Counted from the first letter of the stretch, positions 26,556-36,151 are shown. The stretch: DNA of 64,000 nt from Candidatus Woesearchaeota archaeon (GCA_964534185.1 CAZHOH010000003.1:1955-65954), one strand, 5' to 3'. Made by a program: numbers and translations. The notes: generated from the letters alone by a model not told the origin.

Positions 26556-26745
26556 GAAAAAATGCGAGTATTGTAATGAAAAAATTGATAAGGGTGAGGA
26601 AGTTTTTGATAATGTGAAAGTTCCAGGATTTATTGGGACAAAAAAGAGGGCTTTTTGTTGTGAGGAGCATGTAAAAGTGTATAAAAAAGAAGTTGATGAA
26701 TATTTGGAGAAATCTAAAAGTTTTGGAGGGAGCTGCTGTGGATAA
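26542..26745 (+). CDS. YHS/TRASH-like zinc-ribbon metal-binding protein with GGSCCG tail
   Basis: CEYCNEKI...KKRAFCCEEHVKVY resembles YHS/TRASH; C-terminus SFGGSCCG. Confidence 0.5.
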   Translation: MNIFRKKCEYCNEKIDKGEEVFDNVKVPGFIGTKKRAFCCEEHVKVYKKEVDEYLEKSKSFGGSCCG

Positions 26746-26778
26746 ATTAATTAAAAATCTAAATGTTATGGAGGTAAA

Positions 26779-26985
26779 ATGAAAAAGGCAGTTGGTTTTT
26801 TTATGAGTTTAGTATTTTCTTTAGTTAGTGTTGCAGCACATACTGGTGATGATTTTTACGGACATCATTCTATGATGGGGTATACAACTGGGATGGGAAT
26901 TTATGGATGGATTTTTATGCTTTTAGTTGTTGTTGCTCTTGTGCTGTTGATAGTCTGGCTGATTAAAGAGATACAGAAAAAGTAA
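26779..26985 (+). CDS. small His/Met-rich membrane protein
   Basis: Signal peptide, HTGDDFYGHHSMMGYTTGMG, then one TM; GGAGGT 4 nt upstream of the ATG. Confidence 0.45.
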   Translation: MKKAVGFFMSLVFSLVSVAAHTGDDFYGHHSMMGYTTGMGIYGWIFMLLVVVALVLLIVWLIKEIQKK

Positions 26986-26986
26986 A

Positions 26987-27370
26987 ATGAATTATGGTTT
27001 TAAGAAAGAGTTAGAAGGAGAGTTTGATTTAATAGTTGAGCGAGTAAAAGATGAACTTCAAAAACAGGGATTTGGAGTTTTGACAGAGATTAATGTTAAA
27101 GAAACTTTGAAGGAAAAGCTTGATGTTGATTATGATAATTATATTATTTTAGGAGCTTGTAATCCTCCTTTTGCTTACAAAGCGCTTCAGATAGAGAAGG
27201 ATATTGGTTTATTGTTACCTTGTAATGTGATTGTTTATTCCCAAGATGGGAAAGTAATTGTTGCTGCTGTTAATCCTTTGGAGGCGATGGCTATTGTTGA
27301 AAGTGTTGAATTAGAGAGTATTGCAAAACAAGTTGGAGAAAAATTAAAGAGGGTTATTGAAAATTTATGA
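26987..27370 (+). CDS. DUF302 domain protein
   Basis: FGVLTEINVKETLKEKL...YIILGACNPPFAYKAL...GLLLPCNVIVY is the DUF302 pattern. Confidence 0.75.
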   Translation: MNYGFKKELEGEFDLIVERVKDELQKQGFGVLTEINVKETLKEKLDVDYDNYIILGACNPPFAYKALQIEKDIGLLLPCNVIVYSQDGKVIVAAVNPLEAMAIVESVELESIAKQVGEKLKRVIENL

Positions 27371-29550
27371 AGTATAAAATAGAAATTGAAGGGATGCATT
27401 GTGCTTCGTGTGCAGGTAATCTTGAAAAGGCTTTGAAAAAAGTTAAGGGTGTTAGTTCTGCTTCTGTTAATTTGATGGCGCGGAGCGGTGTTGTTGAAGG
27501 TTTTGAGGTGAATAAAGGTGATTTGAAAAAAGCGATTTCTTCTGTTGGAAATTATAGAGCTTTGAAAATTGAGGTTGAAGGTGAGCATAAGGGTATGGAG
27601 GGGGAGGATGAACATGCACATCATCATGGGGCTGCAGGTGATGAAGAGATAAGTAGGTGGAAAAAGAAAATGATTTATGCTTGGGTTTTTGCAATTCCTG
27701 TTGCTTTGATTATGTTTGGTGAGAGAATTTTTGAGTTTGAAATTTTTGGCGGTTCTGTTATGACTATTGTAATGCTTGTTCTTGCTTTTCCTGTTGTTTT
27801 TATTATTGGATGGGAGACGATTAAGGGGGGGTTTAAGGGAGTTACAAGGTTTTATTTTAATATGGATTTGTTGATTGCTCTTGGGACTATTATTGCTTAT
27901 TTTACAGGAATTGTGCAGTTTTTTCTTCCAATAGCTGATTTTTCTGGAGTAGCTGCTATGATTATGGCGATTTTTATTACAGGGAAATTTATTGAGGCAA
28001 AGGCACGTGGAAGAGCAGGTGTTGAAATTCAGAAACTTTTGGAGTTGGGTGCGAAAAAAGCAAGAGTTTTGAGAGAGGGGAAGGAGTTTGAGATTTCTAT
28101 TTCTGATGTTAGTGTTGGGGATGTGATGGTTGTTAAGCCTGGAGAGAAAATTCCGACTGATGGTGTTGTTGTTAAAGGTGAGAGTGCTGTTGATGAGAGT
28201 ATGGTTTCTGGCGAGAGCATTCCTAAGGATAAAGTTAAAGGGAGCAAAGTTATTGGAGCTACTTTGAATCAGGACGGGGTTTTGTATGTTAAAGCTGAGA
28301 AAGTTGGGAAGGATACTTTTTTATCAGGGATTATAAAATTGGTGCAGGAGACTCAAAGTTCGAAGGTTCCTATTCAGGCATTTGCTGATAAGGTTACAAA
28401 TATTTTTGTTCCTGTTATTTTGGTTATTTCTGTTTTGACTTTTGGCGGGTGGATGTATTTTTCAGGAGATTTGGCTAGTGCATTGGCTGCTGCAATTGCT
28501 GTTTTGGTTATTGCCTGTCCGTGTGCATTGGGTTTGGCAACTCCGACTGCTTTGACTGTTGGAAGTGGTATTGGTGCTAAGAATGGTATTTTGATTAGGA
28601 AAGGTGAGGCTATTCAGACTATTAAAAATATTAAGTATGTTGTGTTTGATAAGACAGGAACTTTGACAAAAGGGAAGCCAGAGGTTATGGAGGTTTATTC
28701 TTTGGTTAAAGAGAGTTATTTAATGGAGATTGCAGGGAGTTTGGAAAAGCATTCTGAGCACCCTTTATCAAAGGCGATTGTCGAGAAAGCTGGTTTGAAA
28801 AAGTATAGGGAGGTGAAAGGGTTTAGGATTTTGAGGGGGCGGGGGCTTGAAGGAAGTATTGGAGGTAAGAAGGTTGTTATTGGGAATTCTTTGTTGATGA
28901 AAGAGAAAGGTGTTAGTCTTGGGAAGGTTGAGGAGAAAGTTAGTGAATTTGAAAATAAAGGGTATACTGCGATTATTGTTTCTGAGGATTTGAGAGTTTT
29001 GGGAATTATTGGTGTTGCTGATGCAGTTAAAGATGATTCTAAAGAAGCTATTAAAGAATTAAATGAGAAGGGTTATGAAACTATTATGGTTACTGGAGAT
29101 AATGAAAGAACTGCTAAGGCGATTGCAAAGCATGTTGGGATTAAAGAGGTTATTGCTAATGTTCTGCCCCAGGATAAGGCTAAGAAAGTTGCTGAATTGC
29201 AGAAAAAAGGGATGGTGGCTTTTGTTGGTGATGGGATTAATGATGCACCTGCTCTTAAACAAAGTAATGTGGGAATTGCACTTGGGACAGGAACAGATAT
29301 TGCGATTGAAGCTGGAGATATTGTTTTGGCTAAAGAATCTTTGAGAGGTGTTGTGCAGGCGATTAATTTGAGTAAGGCGACTTTTGGAAAGATAAAACAG
29401 AATTTGTTTTTTGCGTTTTTTTATAATGTTGTTGCTATTCCTGTTGCTATGGCTGGTTTGCTGAATCCTATTATTGCTGAGCTTGCGATGGCTTTGTCTT
29501 CGATTAGTGTTGTTGCAAATGCAAATTTATTAAGAAGAAAGAAGGTTTAA
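27367..29550 (+). CDS. copA: copper-translocating P1B-type ATPase
   Basis: HMA domain GMHCASC, His-rich linker, CPC (ACPCALGLATP), DKTGTLT, GDGINDAP. Confidence 0.95.
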   Translation: MKYKIEIEGMHCASCAGNLEKALKKVKGVSSASVNLMARSGVVEGFEVNKGDLKKAISSVGNYRALKIEVEGEHKGMEGEDEHAHHHGAAGDEEISRWKKKMIYAWVFAIPVALIMFGERIFEFEIFGGSVMTIVMLVLAFPVVFIIGWETIKGGFKGVTRFYFNMDLLIALGTIIAYFTGIVQFFLPIADFSGVAAMIMAIFITGKFIEAKARGRAGVEIQKLLELGAKKARVLREGKEFEISISDVSVGDVMVVKPGEKIPTDGVVVKGESAVDESMVSGESIPKDKVKGSKVIGATLNQDGVLYVKAEKVGKDTFLSGIIKLVQETQSSKVPIQAFADKVTNIFVPVILVISVLTFGGWMYFSGDLASALAAAIAVLVIACPCALGLATPTALTVGSGIGAKNGILIRKGEAIQTIKNIKYVVFDKTGTLTKGKPEVMEVYSLVKESYLMEIAGSLEKHSEHPLSKAIVEKAGLKKYREVKGFRILRGRGLEGSIGGKKVVIGNSLLMKEKGVSLGKVEEKVSEFENKGYTAIIVSEDLRVLGIIGVADAVKDDSKEAIKELNEKGYETIMVTGDNERTAKAIAKHVGIKEVIANVLPQDKAKKVAELQKKGMVAFVGDGINDAPALKQSNVGIALGTGTDIAIEAGDIVLAKESLRGVVQAINLSKATFGKIKQNLFFAFFYNVVAIPVAMAGLLNPIIAELAMALSSISVVANANLLRRKKV

Positions 29551-30164
29551 TACTTTTCTTTATAGCGCCCTCTTGATTCGACTTTTTTTAGCTGATTGGT
29601 TGTTTTTTCATAGTTTTTTGATTCTTTGTAACCTTTTAGAATTTGGTTCCAGTGTTTTTCGTGGTTTTTGAAGTGTTTTGCTTCTAAGGCTTGTTTTATT
29701 AAATGTAAGTCTACTGCTTTGTCTTCGAATCTTTGTGAGTGAAAGCCTAAGCCGAAGTCGATGAACCAGACTTTTTCATTTTCTGTTAAAATTATATTTG
29801 AAGTTGTTAAGTCGCCGTGGATTATTCCTGCGTCGTGAAGTTTTGCGATTGATTGTCCTATTTTTTTGCAGGTTTGATTTGTCAATTTTTCTGGGAGAGT
29901 GTCTAGATGTTCTGAAAGTTTTTTCCCTTTTATTTCAGGTAGGATTATAATTGTTTTTTCTTTTGTTGGGAGGGGAAGGGGCGCGTTGATTAGTGAAGAG
30001 GCTTTTTCTAAAAGTTTTGTTTCGCGTTTTGTTCTTTGGCGGCGGATTTTTTCGTCTAATATGGGGAGGCGGTAGGATTTTTTTATTCTGTCTTTTATGA
30101 TGAAATTCTCTTTTTGGTAGATTATTGCTTCTGCGCCTTGTTGGAGGATTTTTTGTTTAGCCAT
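29547..30164 (-). CDS. bud32: Kae1-associated kinase Bud32
   Basis: Small atypical kinase: GAEAIIY..., HGDLTTSNIIL, FIDFGLG. Confidence 0.8.
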   Translation of the reverse strand: MAKQKILQQGAEAIIYQKENFIIKDRIKKSYRLPILDEKIRRQRTKRETKLLEKASSLINAPLPLPTKEKTIIILPEIKGKKLSEHLDTLPEKLTNQTCKKIGQSIAKLHDAGIIHGDLTTSNIILTENEKVWFIDFGLGFHSQRFEDKAVDLHLIKQALEAKHFKNHEKHWNQILKGYKESKNYEKTTNQLKKVESRGRYKEKY

Positions 30165-30165
30165 T

Positions 30166-31542
30166 TTAAAATTTGAATTTCTTTCCCTTGCTGAATTTTT
30201 TTGCGAGTTTCATTAATTGTTTGTTTGATTTTAATTGGTTGACATCTTGTAAGTCGCTTAGGTCTGATGAGCTTGTTGCGAATTCTTTTATCATTTTGTA
30301 TTGTTTGATGAGCTGGCGGATTTCAGAGGTTGTTGTGCCTGAGCCTTTTGCGATTCTTTGTAATCTGGATGTTTGTTTTTCGAGGATTTCTGGGTTTTCT
30401 CTTTCTTCAGGAGTCATTGAGTCGATTGCGTATTTCCAGTGCTTCATTTTTTCTTCTTGATTGTCGAAAGTTTCATCGGGGATTTTTGCTTTTCCAAATC
30501 CTGGGAGCATTTCTTTTATTTTTGAAAAACTTCCCATGCCTTGCATTCCTTGGAGTTGTTCGTAGAAGTCGTTGAGTGTGAATTTTCCCTGACTTAGTCT
30601 TTCTTGTAATTTTGCCTGTGATTTTTCGTCTGTTGCTGAACGGACTTTTTCTAATAAGGATTCTAAGTCGCCCATTCCTAAGAGTCTTGAGACAAAGGCT
30701 TTTGGGTTGAAAGGTTCTATGTCTTGTGGTTTTTCTCCTGTTCCTATGAAATAGACTGGGGCGCTTACTTCTTTGCATGCTGTTAGTGCGCCTCCTGCTT
30801 TTGCTGAAGAATCCATTCTTGTAATTACTACTCCATTTATATTGCAGGCTTGTTTTAGAGTTGAGGCTTGTTCTTTTGCTGCCTGTCCTATATCTGCTGC
30901 GATTACTAAGATTGTGTGGGGGGGTTTTATTTTATTTGAGATTTCTTTTATTTCTTTTATTAATGATTTTTCTAAGGCGTCTCTTCCTGCTGAGTCGACT
31001 AAAATTAAGTCGTATTTTTCTAATTGGGTTTTGTATTTTTCATATATTTTTAATGGGTCTTTTTCTGTTTTATCTGTGAATGCTGGGACTTCTATTTTTT
31101 TTCCGAGTTGTTCGAGCTGTTCTGATGCTGCCGGACGGTGGGTGTCGAGTCCTAAGAGTGCGACGTTTTTGCCTCGTTTTTTGTAATAGAGTGCTAACTT
31201 TGAGATGGTTGTTGTTTTTCCTGTTCCGTAAAGTCCGACTAAAAGTATTGTGTCTTTTTTTTCTAGTTTAAGTTCTTTTTTTTCACCTCCGAGGATGTTT
31301 TGAATTTCATCATTAAGGAGTTTTATTAGGTGTTCTTTTTTGTCAACGTTTTTTATGTATTTTTCTCCTTCTGTCCGGATTTTTTGGCTGATTTCTTTTA
31401 CTAAGGAGATGTTGACGTCTGCCATGATTAGGGCTCTTTGGAGTTCTTTTACAACTGATTCTACCAGAGATTTGTCTACGAAAACTGCGGATGTTATTTT
31501 GTCTACTGATTTTTTCAGAGCGTTTCCTATACCTTCTAACAT
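30166..31542 (-). CDS. srp54: signal recognition particle protein SRP54
   Basis: N/G domains (GLYGTGKTTT, DSAGR, TRMD) and a Met-rich M domain (GMQGMGSF). Confidence 0.95.
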   Translation of the reverse strand: MLEGIGNALKKSVDKITSAVFVDKSLVESVVKELQRALIMADVNISLVKEISQKIRTEGEKYIKNVDKKEHLIKLLNDEIQNILGGEKKELKLEKKDTILLVGLYGTGKTTTISKLALYYKKRGKNVALLGLDTHRPAASEQLEQLGKKIEVPAFTDKTEKDPLKIYEKYKTQLEKYDLILVDSAGRDALEKSLIKEIKEISNKIKPPHTILVIAADIGQAAKEQASTLKQACNINGVVITRMDSSAKAGGALTACKEVSAPVYFIGTGEKPQDIEPFNPKAFVSRLLGMGDLESLLEKVRSATDEKSQAKLQERLSQGKFTLNDFYEQLQGMQGMGSFSKIKEMLPGFGKAKIPDETFDNQEEKMKHWKYAIDSMTPEERENPEILEKQTSRLQRIAKGSGTTTSEIRQLIKQYKMIKEFATSSSDLSDLQDVNQLKSNKQLMKLAKKFSKGKKFKF

Positions 31543-31579
31543 GGTAGATTGAGTAGAAAGAGGGTTATTAAATTTTGGG

Positions 31580-32764
31580 TTATAATCCTAGATTTGCGAT
31601 TATTTGTTTTGGTGAGAATTTTTCTAAGTCTTTGTATTCTTGTCCTGTTCCGAGGTAGAGTATTGGTTTTCCTGTTGTGTAGCCGATTGAAATTGCTGTT
31701 CCACCTTTTTCGTCGACGTCTGCTTTTGTGAGTATTGTTCCGTCGATTTTGAAAGATTGGTTGAATTGTTTTGCTTGTTCTGTTCCGTCGTTTCCGGTTA
31801 TTGATTCTGCGACGAAAATTTTCATGTCTGGTTTTGTTACTCGAATTATTTTTTCCATTTCTTTTAATAGGTTGTCTTTTGTGTGCATTCTTCCTGCTGT
31901 GTCAATTAGGACTCCTTTTATTCCGTGAGCTTTGGCATATTGAATTGCGTCGAATCCGACTGCTGCAGGGTCTGAGTTGTAGGTTTGCGAGATTACATTT
32001 ATTCCTAATCTTTCTCCGTGTGTTTTTAGCTGTTCAATTGATGCTGCTCTGAAAGTGTCGCCTGCTGCCATTACTGAGGAGATGTTGTTTTGTTTTAAGA
32101 GGTGTGCGAGTTTTGCGATTGAAGTTGTTTTTCCGCTTCCGTTTATTCCGAAAAATAGAATTACAAAAGGTTCTTGTTTTTGACGGATTTTTTCTATTAA
32201 GTCAAAAGGTTCTAAGAGGATTTCTTGAAGAGATTCTTTTAGTGAGTCTGAGATTTCTTTTTCTAAGTCTGTTGATTTTTTTATTTCTAAGCCGACTAAT
32301 TTTTTTTCCATGTCGTTTCTTATTTTGTCTGCTACTGCTAAGGAGACATTGTTTTCTAGTAAAATTAATTCTAAGTTTTCGAATAGTTCGTCGAAAGTTT
32401 CTTGAGTGAGAGTTTTTGTGTTGATTCTTGATGTGAATCTTTGGATAAAACCTTTTTTTTCATTAGTTTCTTGTTCTTGAGTTTGTTCTTTTGGTTTTGT
32501 TTCAGGTTCTTCTTTTTTTTCCTGTTCTTCAACAGGTTTTTTTTCTGTTTGTTCTAAATATTCAACTTTGTTGTCGAATTGTTTGATTTCTTTTTTTTCC
32601 TGTTCTTCTTGTTGGGGTTTTGTTTCAGGTTTTTGTTCAACTGGTTTTTCTGTCTGTTTTTTTTCTTTTTTCTTTTTGGGTTTTTCTTTTTCTGGAGTTT
32701 TTTCTGTTTCCTCTGTTTCTTTTCCGAGGTAGTTTTTTAGTTTTTCTTTGAAGAATTTGAACAT
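31580..32764 (-). CDS. ftsY: SRP receptor FtsY
   Basis: K/E-rich N-terminal A domain, NG domain with GINGSGKTTSIAKLA, DTAGR, TKADV. Confidence 0.95.
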   Translation of the reverse strand: MFKFFKEKLKNYLGKETEETEKTPEKEKPKKKKEKKQTEKPVEQKPETKPQQEEQEKKEIKQFDNKVEYLEQTEKKPVEEQEKKEEPETKPKEQTQEQETNEKKGFIQRFTSRINTKTLTQETFDELFENLELILLENNVSLAVADKIRNDMEKKLVGLEIKKSTDLEKEISDSLKESLQEILLEPFDLIEKIRQKQEPFVILFFGINGSGKTTSIAKLAHLLKQNNISSVMAAGDTFRAASIEQLKTHGERLGINVISQTYNSDPAAVGFDAIQYAKAHGIKGVLIDTAGRMHTKDNLLKEMEKIIRVTKPDMKIFVAESITGNDGTEQAKQFNQSFKIDGTILTKADVDEKGGTAISIGYTTGKPILYLGTGQEYKDLEKFSPKQIIANLGL

Positions 32765-32854
32765 ATTTTTTAGAGTGTAGTGAGACTTATAAAATTAGTG
32801 GATTGGCAGGATTGACGTAAAACCTTTTAAAGCGTTTTTTATTATTGATATTAT

Positions 32855-32945
32855 GCCTCCATAGCTCAGTGGTCAGAGCGGCTGCCTTGTAGTTCAGAAG
32901 GAACAAGTGAGCAGTAGGTCGAGGGTTCGACTCCCTCTGGAGGCT
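32855..32945 (+). tRNA. tRNA-Thr (anticodon UGU) with 18-nt intron at 37/38
   Basis: GCCTCCA acceptor, D arm GCTC-AGTGGTCA-GAGC, anticodon stem GCTGC/GCAGT, loop CTTGTA + intron 32892-32909 (GTTCAGAAGGAACAAGTG) + A. The intron ACAAG pairs with CTTGT, compatible with a bulge-helix-bulge site. Confidence 0.85.
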
Positions 32946-32948
32946 TGA

Positions 32949-33007
32949 AGGAAACCTAAGGTTTCCTCTCACACACCTTCCTAAAGGTGCTTGCTGATGC
33001 AAGTTGT
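32949..33007 (+). repeat. 59-nt hairpin-rich intergenic element, copy 2
   Basis: 55/59 identical to 17294-17352; begins 4 nt after the tRNA-Thr 3' end. Three hairpins: GGAAACC-TAA-GGTTTCC, CACCTT-CCTA-AAGGTG, CTTGC-TGAT-GCAAG. Confidence 0.8.
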
Positions 33008-33027
33008 TGTGGGGATAAAGAAAAAAG

Positions 33028-33306
33028 ATGGTGTGGCAAGATACTTTGATGATGGTTGTGAATATTGTTTTAGGTTATGCTCTGATTCCGCAGGTGATTA
33101 AAGGGTTTAAGGATAAGAAAGAGCATATTGCACTCCAGACTGGGATTTTAACTTCTGGGGGTTTGTTTGCTATGAGTTTTGCAATGTGGTCACTTGATTT
33201 ACATTTGACTTCTGGTATGGTTTTTTTTAATGCTCTTTTGTGGGCAACGCTATTGTTTCAGAGTTTGAAATATCGATGGGAAAGAGATGAACTTGATTTT
33301 TTTTAG
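33028..33306 (+). CDS. SemiSWEET/PQ-loop-like 3-TM membrane protein
   Basis: 92 aa, three helices, PQ motif in TM1 (GYALIPQVIKGFKDK). Confidence 0.45.
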   Translation: MVWQDTLMMVVNIVLGYALIPQVIKGFKDKKEHIALQTGILTSGGLFAMSFAMWSLDLHLTSGMVFFNALLWATLLFQSLKYRWERDELDFF

Positions 33307-33447
33307 AAAATTTTATAAATGTCCTGGTAGTGGTTTTTTTATGATGTTAAAGTATAATAAAAAATTTGAATTTATTTTTTTCTAATTTTGTTGATCATTT
33401 TTTATGTTTGGTTTGAGAGATTTGATTTTTGATTGGTGGTGAGTAAG

Positions 33448-34326
33448 ATGAAAAAAATAGCATATTTAGGGCCTGAGAATACTTATACAGAAAAAGCAGC
33501 AAAGGAACTTGCTGGGAAGATTGTAGAGGGAACAGAACTTGTGGGTATGGTTTCTATAGAAGTAGTTGCGAAAAGTGTGGCATTGCAAGAAGTGGATTTT
33601 GGAGTTATGGCGTATTATAATTACCTTAGGGGGCTTGTTCAGGAGTCTTTGGATTTGATTTATGAAAATGATTTGAGGATAATTGATATGCAACGACTGC
33701 CAGTAGTTTTGTCTATTGGTATGCATGAAGAAAATCAGAATATGGAGGAAATTTATTCTCATCCAAAAGCTTTGGCACAATGTTCTGAATGGTTGTGGAG
33801 TAATTATAGGGAGAGTAGACAGATTCCCGCAAGTAGTACTGCTGGAGCTGTTCGAAAAGTTGCAGAAGAAAAATCAGGTTTGGCGATTGCTAACTCTGAT
33901 GCATTAAATGGCAGTAATTTGGAAGTTATTGCTGAAGATATAGGAAATAGAAAAAATGATAAGAGGAATTTTACAGATTTTTATTTAGTTTCTCATGAGG
34001 ATGGGCAGGAAGAAGATAAATCTAAAGTGTATTTTACCATGGTTGCTATAACACCTCATACGGATAAACCGGGATTGTTGTCAGAGATACTTCAGCAAGT
34101 GTCTTATCATGGTTTGAATAATGCAAAAATACATTCAAGACCTGCTTTAGATGATGTGTTGGTTGGTGGGCTTGAGGCTCAAATGTTTTATTTGGAGATT
34201 ATGAGACATAAGGATGATGAAGATTTTAGCAGGTGTGTAGATTCTTTGAGATATAAGTTAACACCTAAAGGTAAGAGTAATGAAACTGTAAGGGTTTTAG
34301 GTTCTTATGAAAAACCGAATTTATAA
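33448..34326 (+). CDS. pheA: prephenate dehydratase with ACT domain
   Basis: IAYLGPENTYTEKAA start pattern, AIANSDA, C-terminal ACT-like region with IHSRPA. Confidence 0.75.
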   Translation: MKKIAYLGPENTYTEKAAKELAGKIVEGTELVGMVSIEVVAKSVALQEVDFGVMAYYNYLRGLVQESLDLIYENDLRIIDMQRLPVVLSIGMHEENQNMEEIYSHPKALAQCSEWLWSNYRESRQIPASSTAGAVRKVAEEKSGLAIANSDALNGSNLEVIAEDIGNRKNDKRNFTDFYLVSHEDGQEEDKSKVYFTMVAITPHTDKPGLLSEILQQVSYHGLNNAKIHSRPALDDVLVGGLEAQMFYLEIMRHKDDEDFSRCVDSLRYKLTPKGKSNETVRVLGSYEKPNL

Positions 34327-34331
34327 TTCAA

Positions 34332-34466
34332 TTATCTTTTTTCAATTACGAAATGGCATTCTGGGTTAGAGCATTTCCATTTTTCAAAGACGTCTTCTTT
34401 GTATGAAAATGGCAATAAGTAACCTTTTTCGCATTTCGGGCATAAAGGGAAAATACAATTAGTCAT
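34332..34466 (-). CDS. possible 44-aa zinc-ribbon protein (not in ORF track)
   Basis: Hand translation MTNCIFPLCPKCEKGYLLPFSYKEDVFEKWKCSNPECHFVIEKR (CPxC...CxxxxC). Confidence 0.35.
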   Translation of the reverse strand: MTNCIFPLCPKCEKGYLLPFSYKEDVFEKWKCSNPECHFVIEKR

Positions 34467-34482
34467 TTTTCTTTTTTCAAAT

Positions 34483-34806
34483 TTATTTTAGTTTAACAGC
34501 TGTTCCGTATGCGAGCATTTCTGCTGCACCTTGAACAACCATTGAAGTCATGAACCTTACATTTATTATTGCGTCTGCTTTCATTTCTATTGCGTTGTTT
34601 ACCATGCGGTTGTAGGCTTCCTGTCTTGCATCTGAAATCATGTCTGTGTAGCTTTTGATTTCTCCGCCGACAATGTTTTTGAATCCTGCCATGACATCTC
34701 TTCCTATATGTCTTGCTCTTACTGTGTTTCCTCTTACAACTCCAAGAATTTCTGTTACTTTTTGATTTGGTATATCTTCAGATGTTGTTACAATTATGTC
34801 TGCCAT
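34483..34806 (-). CDS. YbjQ/UPF0145 family protein
   Basis: ILGVVRGNTVRARHIGRDVMAGFKNIVGGEI...AEMLAYGTAVKL is the family signature. Confidence 0.8.
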   Translation of the reverse strand: MADIIVTTSEDIPNQKVTEILGVVRGNTVRARHIGRDVMAGFKNIVGGEIKSYTDMISDARQEAYNRMVNNAIEMKADAIINVRFMTSMVVQGAAEMLAYGTAVKLK

Positions 34807-34819
34807 ATTGTTGGATATT

Positions 34820-35005
34820 TTATCTCTTTTTATATTTTATTGTTTCTATTTTTCTTTCTTTTCCTATGTCTATGAGGATGAGGATTCCGATTATTGTGAT
34901 AGGGATTGCGTATATTAGTGCTGGCCAGATGAATAGTCCAAGAATTAGGAGAGATATTCCACTTATTAGAAGGATTATTCCTGTGATTTTCTGTGATATT
35001 TCCAT
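34820..35005 (-). CDS. small two-helix membrane protein
   Basis: 61 aa, two hydrophobic helices. Confidence 0.4.
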   Translation of the reverse strand: MEISQKITGIILLISGISLLILGLFIWPALIYAIPITIIGILILIDIGKERKIETIKYKKR

Positions 35006-35038
35006 TTTATTGTTTGTTTTTGTTGTTAATAAATTTGA

Positions 35039-35599
35039 TTATTCACTTGCTAGCTCTGCTTTTTTGTCATCGATGAGGATGTCTGCTATTTTTTGGTCGA
35101 GGTTTGCGATTTCTCCTTTTTTGAAAGGACCTAATTGGTTTCCTTGAAAGTCTACGAATTCTTCTAAGTCTTGTGTGAAGAGTATCATTTTCATTTGGTT
35201 TTCATTTTGGATTATTTCTTTGTTATTGAATTGGTTTGAGAGTTTTTTTTCTGCTTGTTCGACGTTTTCCATTATTTTGTCGAACATTTCTTTTTCAAAG
35301 TCCAGCATGTTGTCGAAGTCTCTTTTGCTGATTCCTGTTTCGCTTGCTACAAATACAAGTCCTAGGAGTTTCTTTTTTCTTAATAGCATTAGTTCTTTGA
35401 AAATTGATACTGTGTTTTCGAGTTGTTTTTTTAATTTGGATGCTTCGTCTGAGAAGGAGTCATTTTGATTTTCTGAGAGTTTTTTCTTTTCTGATATGTA
35501 TTGTGATACTTCTGAGACGAAATTTTTGGTTATTGGCTGGAGTTGTTCTGAGTATCTTTCTTTTCTGAGACTTTCATAAATATCATTGTAAGTTATCAT
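35039..35599 (-). CDS. GINS complex subunit (Gins51-like)
   Basis: MITYNDIYESLRKERYSEQLQPITKNFVSEV N-terminal pattern and C-terminal GPFKKGEIANLDQKIADILIDDKKAE. Confidence 0.55.
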   Translation of the reverse strand: MITYNDIYESLRKERYSEQLQPITKNFVSEVSQYISEKKKLSENQNDSFSDEASKLKKQLENTVSIFKELMLLRKKKLLGLVFVASETGISKRDFDNMLDFEKEMFDKIMENVEQAEKKLSNQFNNKEIIQNENQMKMILFTQDLEEFVDFQGNQLGPFKKGEIANLDQKIADILIDDKKAELASE

Positions 35600-35659
35600 G
35601 AGTGCAAAAGAGGATGTTAATTTATAATGATTATGGTAGTGAGATTTATTCTTGTTTTT

Positions 35660-36151
35660 TTAGAACATTAAATCTTCGTGGGAAAGAGGGTAGTCGTGGA
35701 GTTCGTCGATTGAGAACCAAAGTGCGAGTTCATTTTTAGCGTCTTCTTCATTTGATGAAGCATGAACAAGGTTTTTTACGGGGATTCCTTTTTCGTCTGC
35801 ATGTTTGTAGCTTATGTGGGAGTAGTCTCCTCTTATTGTTCCGGGAATTGCTGCTTTTGATTCTGTTTCTCCGCAGATTTTTCTTACGTTTTCAATTGCA
35901 TCGACTCCTTGTACTACTATTGCAACTACTGGACTTTCTGTTATGAAGTCTAAAAGCATTTCTCTTACTTTTTCTCCTCTTCTTTTTGAAATATCTTCTG
36001 TATAGTGTTTTTGTGCAAAGTCTTTGTTAATCTGTGTTAATTTTAATCCTACTATTTTTAGTCCTCGTTGTTCGAATCTTTTTATTATTTCTCCGATTAA
36101 GCCTCTTTTAACTCCGTCGGGTTTAATTAACACCAGTGTTTGTTGTATCAT
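35660..36151 (-). CDS. ndk: nucleoside diphosphate kinase
   Basis: QQTLVLIKPDGVKRGLIGEII...GTIRGDY...NLVHASS. Confidence 0.9.
   Translation of the reverse strand: MIQQTLVLIKPDGVKRGLIGEIIKRFEQRGLKIVGLKLTQINKDFAQKHYTEDISKRRGEKVREMLLDFITESPVVAIVVQGVDAIENVRKICGETESKAAIPGTIRGDYSHISYKHADEKGIPVKNLVHASSNEEDAKNELALWFSIDELHDYPLSHEDLMF

Noticed and set aside
31580-32764. K/E/Q/P-rich repetitive N-terminal ~110 aa of FtsY as a novel repeat protein.
   Set aside because: Charged low-complexity A domains are normal for FtsY; the sequence continues into a canonical NG domain.
32787-33002. 71-aa - strand ORF.
   Set aside because: It is the reverse complement of tRNA-Thr plus the 59-nt repeat element.
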